NCBI GenBank assembly: GCA_030628225.1
Contig: DAOVRJ010000003.1
Span: 1 to 32,153 of the forward strand
Source: Candidatus Zixiibacteriota bacterium
GTDB taxonomy: Bacteria; SM23-81
Reading direction: 5' to 3'
DNA: 32,153 nt
Position 1 is the first letter of the stretch; each line of letters opens with the position of its first letter. Made by a program: the position numbers and the translations under genes. Below the pieces are notes generated by a model. That model was not told the DNA's origin and made no database searches. It worked only from the letters and a program-made list of their open reading frames with translations. Below are positions 25,450 through 32,153 of the stretch, in pieces.

Positions 25450-26862
25450 TTACAGGTTGAAGCAGACCACTTTTGGTTCGGTCATCTCGTAGATGGCATA
25501 GCGAAGTCCTTCGCGTCCGAGACCGCTGAGCTTGACACCGCCGAAAGGCATCTGGTCGATGCGATAATCCGAGGTGTCGTTGACCATTATCCCGCCCACG
25601 TCGATGCCCTCGATAGCCTGGAAGGCGTTATTGATGTTCTGAGTGAATATACCGGCATGCAGCCCGTACTTGGAGCCGTTGATGGTCTCGATAACCTGGG
25701 ACAGATCATCAAATTTAAAGAGGACCACCACCGGGGCAAAAACCTCCTCGGCAACAACCTTGGCGCTGAGGGGAACGTCAGCCAGGATGGTGGGCTGATA
25801 GACGGAGCCCTCTCGGATGCCCCCGGTCAGAATCTTGCCCCCCTGGGAAACGGCTTCCTGAACCCATGACTCTATTCTCTTGGCCTCGCTCTCCGAGATC
25901 ATAGGGCCCATTTCGGTTTTCTCATCGTGCTGAGGTCCCACCACCAAGGTTTTTGTTTTGGCCACGAACTTCTCCTGAAATTCATCATAGACTCTTGTGT
26001 GGACGAAGAGACGCTGTACCCCTATACAATTCTGACCAGCACAGCCAAAGGCTCCATCGACACAAGAAGGCACGGCCCTATTCAAATCAGCGTCTGCCAT
26101 CACGATGACCGCAGAATTGGATCCTAATTCCATACCTATTTTCTTCAAACCAGCTTTTTTAACGATCTCCAGACCGGCCTCCGGCCCTCCGGTAAAGGTG
26201 ATCATTCGCACCCGATCATCGGTAACCAGAGCGTCGCCGATCTCATTTCCATAGCCGGTGACGATGTTCAGACCTTTGGGAGGCAACCCGGCTTCCAGGA
26301 ACAGCTCGCCCAGTTTTAGAGCCACCAGAGGGGTCACCGTGGCTGGCTTAAGTACCACGGAGTTCCCGCTGGCCAGAGCGGGGCCAAGCTTGTGGGCCAC
26401 CAGGTTTAGGGGGTCGTTGAAAGGGGTGATCGCCCCGATGACCCCGATGGGAAATCGGTAATAGTAACCTCGTCTGTTAATAGAGCCGTCACGGCTGTCA
26501 AAAGGCAGCGTTTCACCGTTTATTCTACGGGCTTCCTCGGAGGCTACCGTGATGGTGGTAGTGGCTCTGCCCACCTCGAAACGAGCCTCGCGGATGGTTT
26601 TGCTTCCTTCCGAGGAAAGTGTTTTAGCAAAATCCTCCAGTCTCTGCTCCATCAATCGGGCCGTCTTGGCCAAAATGTTTATTCTTTCCAGCGTAGAAAG
26701 CTTTTTAGTCTCCCTAAAGCCTTCCACGGCCGATGTAATTGCGTCTTTCATGTCCTGGGAGCTGGCCGCTGGAACGGTGTCCACCAGAGAATTATCGTAC
26801 GGGTTCCTGACTTCGATCTTGTTCTCTCTGTCCACCCACTTCCCGCCTATCAGCATCTTCAT
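25450..26862 (-). CDS. NAD(P)-dependent aldehyde dehydrogenase
   Basis: ITPFND, LKPA, TFTGG, MELGSNS (catalytic Glu), AGQNC (catalytic Cys), EEVFAP, PFGGVKLSGLGREG. Confidence 0.95.
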   Translation of the reverse strand: MKMLIGGKWVDRENKIEVRNPYDNSLVDTVPAASSQDMKDAITSAVEGFRETKKLSTLERINILAKTARLMEQRLEDFAKTLSSEGSKTIREARFEVGRATTTITVASEEARRINGETLPFDSRDGSINRRGYYYRFPIGVIGAITPFNDPLNLVAHKLGPALASGNSVVLKPATVTPLVALKLGELFLEAGLPPKGLNIVTGYGNEIGDALVTDDRVRMITFTGGPEAGLEIVKKAGLKKIGMELGSNSAVIVMADADLNRAVPSCVDGAFGCAGQNCIGVQRLFVHTRVYDEFQEKFVAKTKTLVVGPQHDEKTEMGPMISESEAKRIESWVQEAVSQGGKILTGGIREGSVYQPTILADVPLSAKVVAEEVFAPVVVLFKFDDLSQVIETINGSKYGLHAGIFTQNINNAFQAIEGIDVGGIMVNDTSDYRIDQMPFGGVKLSGLGREGLRYAIYEMTEPKVVCFNL

Positions 26863-26912
26863 TAAACAACCTCCTTGATCAGGTAATTTGGAGAGCTATT
26901 ATTCTATTCAGA

Positions 26913-27959
26913 CTAAGCCAGGTTTACTGCGGAACGTTCACGATGAATGGAGAGCATATCAACCAAAATGGAAAAACCTGTCTCCAGTCTTCCGGCTCCG
27001 GGGCCCACGACGGTCACATTGCCCAATAGATCTGTGTCAAAGGTCAGCGCGTTGGTAACTCCGCCGACGCCGGCCAAAAAATCGTCTGCAGGCACCTTCT
27101 TCGGAGAAACCTCCGCTTGAACCTTATCGCCGTCACGCCATGCCCGGGCGATGAGCTTCCACCTTTTGTTCTCCTGATTTGCCGTTTCTATATCCTTCAG
27201 CGTAATACCGGTAATGCCCGTACAGGGCACGTCGGCTATTTTCAGGTCCCCACCCATGACCATGTTGGCGATTATCACGATCTTTGCCAGAGCATCCCAT
27301 CCTTTCACGTCAGCATCCGGTTTAGCTTCTGCATAACCCAGCTCCTGAGCTACTTTCAGCGTTTCCTCGTATCCTTTACCCTTCTCCATCTCACTGAGGA
27401 TATAGTTAGTGGTACCATTGAGGATACCCCGCACCTCACGGATCTCTGTACCGGCCAGGTTCTCCAGGGCAAAATTTAAAACCGGAGTGCCGCTGACCAC
27501 GGTTCCTTCATAACGAAAACAAACACCTTTTTGCCTGGCCAGCTTAACAAGTTCCCTCCCAAACAAGGCAGACGGTCCCTTGTTGCTGGTGATCACGTGC
27601 TTTCCACTCTCCAGGGCGGCGCGTACATGACTTGCTGCCGGCTCCCCAGTATCGATATCAGTATAGGATATTTCCACAACGATGTCCGCTCCACTTTCCC
27701 TGATGGTCTTCAGACTATCCCAGCCAGTAGTGGCTCCGGGATAGCCATCAATTCGTCCCGTTTCCCGGACCAAGGAAAGCAGTTTCTCCAAATCAAGTCC
27801 CTCCTCTAAATATATAGAACCTTTCATGATATCCGATATGGCCACCACAGAACACTCGAAATCATACTTCCGTCGCAACTGATCCCTTTTATTCATCAGA
27901 ATTTCGGCCAGTCCCTGGCCTACGGTGCCGAAACCAATAAAAGCTATCTTGTAGGTCAT
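26913..27959 (-). CDS. hom: Homoserine dehydrogenase, short form without ACT domain
   Basis: GFGTVG, HVITSNKGP, YEGTVVSGTP, GILNGTTNYIL, GYAEAKPDADVKGWDALAK, GPGAGRLET. Confidence 0.93.
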   Translation of the reverse strand: MTYKIAFIGFGTVGQGLAEILMNKRDQLRRKYDFECSVVAISDIMKGSIYLEEGLDLEKLLSLVRETGRIDGYPGATTGWDSLKTIRESGADIVVEISYTDIDTGEPAASHVRAALESGKHVITSNKGPSALFGRELVKLARQKGVCFRYEGTVVSGTPVLNFALENLAGTEIREVRGILNGTTNYILSEMEKGKGYEETLKVAQELGYAEAKPDADVKGWDALAKIVIIANMVMGGDLKIADVPCTGITGITLKDIETANQENKRWKLIARAWRDGDKVQAEVSPKKVPADDFLAGVGGVTNALTFDTDLLGNVTVVGPGAGRLETGFSILVDMLSIHRERSAVNLA

Positions 27960-27979
27960 CGCACACTCTCCTCTTTGTC

Positions 27980-28591
27980 CTATTGATAAGCTTGTAATCT
28001 AGCCACGTCCGCGATGGCGGCCATGCCTTTAGAGAAGGCAGTCAGATTGGCCTTCAGCGTTTTGGAAGCCAACTTCTTTTTTATGATTCGACGCAGCCTG
28101 GTATCGTCTAACTCCAGCAGGGCTGCCAGAGCGCCCAGAAGAGCTATGTTCAAGGTACGCATATTTCCAGAGTTCCGGGCTATGTTCACCCCATCCACAA
28201 GTATCACACGTTTTGCCCTTCGGCCAAGTTTAGCCAAAATATCATCGGGGTAATCTCGCTGGCCGATGGCCACAGGCATGGGTTTCAGCTGCTGCGTATT
28301 AAGGATGATCTGCCCGTCGGGGCGCAGATATTCCACCCAGCGAAGCGCTTCCAGCTCTTCGAAAGCCAGCATTACATCGGCAGTTCCCTTTTCGATCAGG
28401 GGGGAATAAACCTTGGATCCATAGCGCACGTGACTGACAACGCTGCCTCCCCTCTGGGCCATGCCATGAACTTCGCTCTTCTTGACATCATAGCCGATAT
28501 CCAAGCAGGTCATGGATAGTATTTCACTTACTAAAAGAACTCCCTGTCCACCCACTCCGGCGATGAGCACATTTTTAGCATTACAGTTCAT
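27980..28591 (-). CDS. iorB: Indolepyruvate:ferredoxin oxidoreductase beta subunit
   Basis: IAGVGGQG, DVKKSEVHGMAQRGGSVVSHVRYG, SPLI..G.AD, FEELEALRW. Confidence 0.92.
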   Translation of the reverse strand: MNCNAKNVLIAGVGGQGVLLVSEILSMTCLDIGYDVKKSEVHGMAQRGGSVVSHVRYGSKVYSPLIEKGTADVMLAFEELEALRWVEYLRPDGQIILNTQQLKPMPVAIGQRDYPDDILAKLGRRAKRVILVDGVNIARNSGNMRTLNIALLGALAALLELDDTRLRRIIKKKLASKTLKANLTAFSKGMAAIADVARLQAYQ

Positions 28592-28649
28592 GTCACATCC
28601 TTTTTTATTGATGGATGCCTATGTAAACCTGAGGAAAACCAATGGATTT

Positions 28650-29645
28650 TCAGATTTTTTCCAGCCAGGGCATCAGCGAGCGCAATTTCTTTCCCACCAT
28701 TTCTGCGGGATGGTCATCGTCCTGGTGAAGCATCCGGGAATAGTTCACTCTACCGGTGCGATTTTCAGCCAACCATTCCTGGGAGAAACGGCCGTCGCGA
28801 ACATCTTTTAAAATCTGCACCATTCTACTCTTGGTATCTTTAGAGATGATCATCGGCCCTCTGGTGATATCACCATAGCGAGCAATTTCGCTGATTCTGC
28901 TCCTCATTCCCTGGATTCCGTGGACGTAGATCATATCGGCTATTTGTTTTATCTCATGGAGACACTCAAAATAGGCTATTTCCGGCTGGTAACCTGCTTC
29001 TACCAGCGTTTCAAAGCCGGCCTTGATCAGGGCCGTCAAACCTCCGCATAGCACCGATTGTTCTCCGAACAGGTCCGTTTCCGTCTCTTCTGCAAAGGTG
29101 GTCTCGATGACGCCTGAGCGAGTACCCCCAATACCCTTGGCCACGGCCAGCCCAATCTCCTTTGAATGGCTGGTGGCATCCTGGAAAACGGCTAAAAGGC
29201 AGATCACCCCCATGCCTTGCTTATAAAGGCTTCTTACGAGCACTCCAGGGCCTTTGGGGGCCACCAACAGGCAGTCAACTTCCCGAGGAGGAATCACCTG
29301 ACGATAATGAACGCTGAACCCGTGGGCGAAAACCAGGGCGTCTCCCGCTTTTAAACTCGGTAAGATCTGATCTTTAAATATCTGGGCATGCAGATGATCC
29401 GGCATCAGCACAAGAATTACTTGTGCCAAAGATACGGCCTCCCGGGCAATTAGAGGATGAAATCCATCCTGCTGAGCCTTTCTCCAGGCCGGGCTACCTG
29501 GCAAATCTGCCACTTCCACATCCAAACCGCTGTCCCGCAAATTATTAGCTTGGGCGCTCCCCTGGGAACCATACCCGATGACCGCGATCTTTTTGTCGCG
29601 TAGGATATCCAAGCTGGCGTCTTTCTCATTGTAAATCACGGCCAA
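28650..29645 (-). CDS. ilvC: Ketol-acid reductoisomerase (class I)
   Basis: IGYGSQG, FAHGF, VAPKGPG, ETETDLFGEQSVLCGG, AYFECLHE. Start set at TTG 29645 after RBS AAAGGGGG. Confidence 0.96.
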   Translation of the reverse strand: MAVIYNEKDASLDILRDKKIAVIGYGSQGSAQANNLRDSGLDVEVADLPGSPAWRKAQQDGFHPLIAREAVSLAQVILVLMPDHLHAQIFKDQILPSLKAGDALVFAHGFSVHYRQVIPPREVDCLLVAPKGPGVLVRSLYKQGMGVICLLAVFQDATSHSKEIGLAVAKGIGGTRSGVIETTFAEETETDLFGEQSVLCGGLTALIKAGFETLVEAGYQPEIAYFECLHEIKQIADMIYVHGIQGMRSRISEIARYGDITRGPMIISKDTKSRMVQILKDVRDGRFSQEWLAENRTGRVNYSRMLHQDDDHPAEMVGKKLRSLMPWLEKI

Positions 29646-29646
29646 T

Positions 29647-30747
29647 TTAAAGCCCCCTTTCGACAAGTTCCCATAGCTCTCTTTCTCCAGATACTACCTG
29701 GAGTCTAATTCCAAAAGAGAGAAGGGGAATTGCCACCTTTCCCATGACTGGCAGTCGCACCTCATCCTTTTCGGTGGTTACCACATACTGGGCACCAGCC
29801 TCACGAGCAAGGCAGATTACCTGCTCCAATTCTTCTCGTCGGTAAGGATGATGATCAGGGAAACGAACACTCTCGATCAGCCGGACACCTGTTTGCTCAA
29901 GTGATCGCTCAAAAGAGCTTGGATTTCCGATGCCGGACATGGCCAGGACCTGCTTTCCTCGCAAGGATTCCAGGTCCAGTTGCTCACCGGAATGAACGTC
30001 TCGCAAGCTCATCGGCTCACATTCGCTCTGAACTACGATGGCATTTGGACATATCTGATGAAGAAAGTCCACCAGCTCTCCAACACCATCGGCCTGGTTC
30101 ACCCTTGTTAAAACGAACAGCTGAGCCCAGCGCAGAGCTTTTACTTTCTCCCTGAGGATGCCCGCAGGAAAAACCCGTCCATTACCAAAGGGACATGTGG
30201 CGTCGATGACTACCAGTTCCACTTCCCTGGCCAGCCGGAGGTGCTGGAACCCATCATCGAGAATCAATATTCTTGGCCGGAACATCTCCACGGCAACTCT
30301 TCCCCCGGCTATCCGATCTGCACACACCACAACGGGAACTTTTGGCAGAGATCGGGACATCATAAGAGGCTCGTCCCCTACATCTTGCCATTTACCATTT
30401 CCGCCTACCAAAACCCTATGACCGCGGCTAGTCCGGCCATATCCTCGGGTTAAGATGGCCACCCCTATTCCCCTGCCGGCCAGATTATCGGCCAGCAGAT
30501 TAACCAACGGCGTTTTCCCCGTTCCTCCCATAGAGATATTTCCCACGCTGATAACCCGGGCCCCTACGCGGTGTGTTTTTAAAATTCCGCTCCGGTATAG
30601 AACCCTGCGCAGGTGAACGATCGCGGATACTGGCACTGCCACAAAATAACATAGACAACGCGTTAGAGCAGGTAAAAACCCGTTTTTTCTTTCCAGGACC
30701 GCTCGTATCCAAATTTTTCGCCATTTGCTTGATAAGGAAATTCGCAT
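29647..30747 (-). CDS. lpxK: Tetraacyldisaccharide 4'-kinase
   Basis: ISVGNISMGGTGKTP, LTRGYG, GDEP, DDGFQH, PAGILRE, FPDHH, TTEKD. Confidence 0.95.
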   Translation of the reverse strand: MRISLSSKWRKIWIRAVLERKNGFLPALTRCLCYFVAVPVSAIVHLRRVLYRSGILKTHRVGARVISVGNISMGGTGKTPLVNLLADNLAGRGIGVAILTRGYGRTSRGHRVLVGGNGKWQDVGDEPLMMSRSLPKVPVVVCADRIAGGRVAVEMFRPRILILDDGFQHLRLAREVELVVIDATCPFGNGRVFPAGILREKVKALRWAQLFVLTRVNQADGVGELVDFLHQICPNAIVVQSECEPMSLRDVHSGEQLDLESLRGKQVLAMSGIGNPSSFERSLEQTGVRLIESVRFPDHHPYRREELEQVICLAREAGAQYVVTTEKDEVRLPVMGKVAIPLLSFGIRLQVVSGERELWELVERGL

Positions 30748-30749
30748 GG

Positions 30750-32030
30750 TTAGCTACACAGCTTTTCCTCTAATGCTTCAGCTGTTCTTTCGGAGCTCCC
30801 CTGCCCCTTCAGGACCACCTTCAGAGCAGCCTTTCCTCTCCGGTTGCGCTCTTCATCTGAGCAGAATATACGCGAGACAGCTTGCTGCAACTGTGTTTCA
30901 TCCCTCACCTGCATGCCGCCACCGGTTTCCATAAGCATACGGGCGCTTTTACGGCAGTTTTCCATGTGCGGACCAAATAGAACAGGGATACCATAGGATG
31001 CCGGCTCCAGGGGATTATGTCCTCCATAAGGCAACAAACTGCCACCCACAAAGGCCACGTCGGCTGTAGAATAAAGTCTCATTAGCTGACCCATATTATC
31101 CACAACCAGAACATTCCATGAAATGCAAGAAAGCCCTTCCAGTTGACTGTATCTTCGCACCTTCAAACCTTTAGCACGTATAATACGCGTCACCTTTCCT
31201 GCCCTTTTCACATGCCGTGGAGCTACGATTGCCCTAAATAAATCGTTGCCGGCCATAATTCCTGAAATAGCCTCCGCAATCTTCTCCTCCTCCCCCGGGC
31301 GCGTGCTCCCAGCCACCAGCACCTTCGTTCCATCCGGTATTCCCAGCGAGCTGCGCACCAGATCTCGCTCCCCGCGCATCTGGGAGTCTACCAGCAGATC
31401 TCCCTTGAAGTTGCCCGTAACCTTAACTCGTGAGCTCTCAGCGCCCAACACGCGAAACCTCTGCGAGTCCTGCTCTGTTTGGACACAGATCATCTCCATG
31501 CAAGCAAGGGTTTTAGACATGAGCCCCTTAAACACCAGATAACGAGATAAGCTACGCTCAGACATCCGGCCGTTGATCAGAGCCACTTTTGTGCCCCTTC
31601 GGCGGGCCTGCCAAATTAAATTAGGCCATAGCTCTGTCTCCGCCAACAGTAAGATCTGCGGCTTAGCGATTTTTAGGACTCGCTTTACTATAAAGGAAAG
31701 ATCTATGGGAAGGTAAAAAACTCGCCGAATTTCTCCCTTCAATTGAGCGGCTCGCTCCCGTCCCGCCCGTGTGGTAACGGAGAGGATGAACAGTTGCTCA
31801 GGAAATCTTCGCCGCAGTGACGGAAGAAAGGCGGCCAAACTGTTCACCTCCCCAACCGAGGCGGCATGGATCCAAAGAGTAGGGCGCGATTTCACGCTGC
31901 CAAATATGTCTCTCGGCCACAGTCCTAACCTTTCTTTCAGACCGTGGCCCCCTAACAGAACTTTAGGCAACAGATATGGAAGAGCAAGCAGCAATGCTAT
32001 GGATAGAGCCATATCATAGAGGAACAGCAT
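30750..32030 (-). CDS. waaA: 3-deoxy-D-manno-octulosonic acid transferase
   Basis: WIHAASVGE, ETELWPN, VTGNFK, AGSTRPGEE, APRH, GGSL..GGHNPLEP. Confidence 0.95.
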   Translation of the reverse strand: MLFLYDMALSIALLLALPYLLPKVLLGGHGLKERLGLWPRDIFGSVKSRPTLWIHAASVGEVNSLAAFLPSLRRRFPEQLFILSVTTRAGRERAAQLKGEIRRVFYLPIDLSFIVKRVLKIAKPQILLLAETELWPNLIWQARRRGTKVALINGRMSERSLSRYLVFKGLMSKTLACMEMICVQTEQDSQRFRVLGAESSRVKVTGNFKGDLLVDSQMRGERDLVRSSLGIPDGTKVLVAGSTRPGEEEKIAEAISGIMAGNDLFRAIVAPRHVKRAGKVTRIIRAKGLKVRRYSQLEGLSCISWNVLVVDNMGQLMRLYSTADVAFVGGSLLPYGGHNPLEPASYGIPVLFGPHMENCRKSARMLMETGGGMQVRDETQLQQAVSRIFCSDEERNRRGKAALKVVLKGQGSSERTAEALEEKLCS

Positions 32031-32033
32031 GCT

Positions 32034-32153
32034 TCACCGAATCCGAGTTCTCTGGAAGAAATTGTCTGCCTTATGGGTTAGCTCCTGAAGAGCCCTCTCA
32101 AGCTCTACCCTTTTTGCCTCGACATCTTCTCCGCAGATCTTCCTGGGCACGCA
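32034..32153 (-). CDS. C-terminal fragment of a probable DUF374 / lysophospholipid acyltransferase family protein
   Basis: Hand translation CVPRKICGEDVEAKRVELERALQELTHKADNFFQRTRIR*. Resembles the DUF374 C-terminus, and such genes commonly precede waaA. Confidence 0.55.
   Translation of the reverse strand, partial: CVPRKICGEDVEAKRVELERALQELTHKADNFFQRTRIR

Noticed and set aside
1-32153. CRISPR arrays, tRNA/rRNA genes, IS elements, T-boxes before the tRNA ligases
   Set aside because: None seen by eye: no repeat-spacer pattern, cloverleaf, transposase or terminal inverted repeats, and the leaders of leuS, asnS and trpS are too short for T-boxes.

Overview
Bacterial chromosomal window in which essentially every real gene is on the minus strand. 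Lipid A genes, TonB-dependent receptors and a Por/T9SS-type C-terminal sorting domain point to a diderm organism, plausibly an FCB-superphylum lineage such as KSB1, Calditrichota or Zixibacteria (inference, not verified). Read in transcription order (right to left): partial DUF374-like gene, waaA, lpxK, ilvC, an orphan iorB, homoserine dehydrogenase, aldehyde dehydrogenase, a U32-like TIM-barrel protein and a TPR lipoprotein. Next comes a ~9.2 kb cobalamin-acquisition locus (14.4-23.6 kb): promoter, cobalamin riboswitch, ECF S-component, second cobalamin riboswitch, TonB receptor 1, two paralogous BtuG/YncE-like beta-propeller proteins with different C-terminal modules, and TonB receptor 2. 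A housekeeping run follows: NlpC/P60, HNH, trpS, scpA, scpB, rluB, cmk, plsC, rpsA, Na/Pi cotransporter, USP, asnS and a partial leuS (not in the ORF track because it runs off the left edge). The best candidate for an undescribed system is the B12 locus. Its BtuG-like binders are not lipoproteins; one is fused to a putative BtuH-like domain plus a T9SS sorting domain, suggesting a secreted B12 scavenger that feeds an S-component instead of BtuCDF, under two riboswitches in series.
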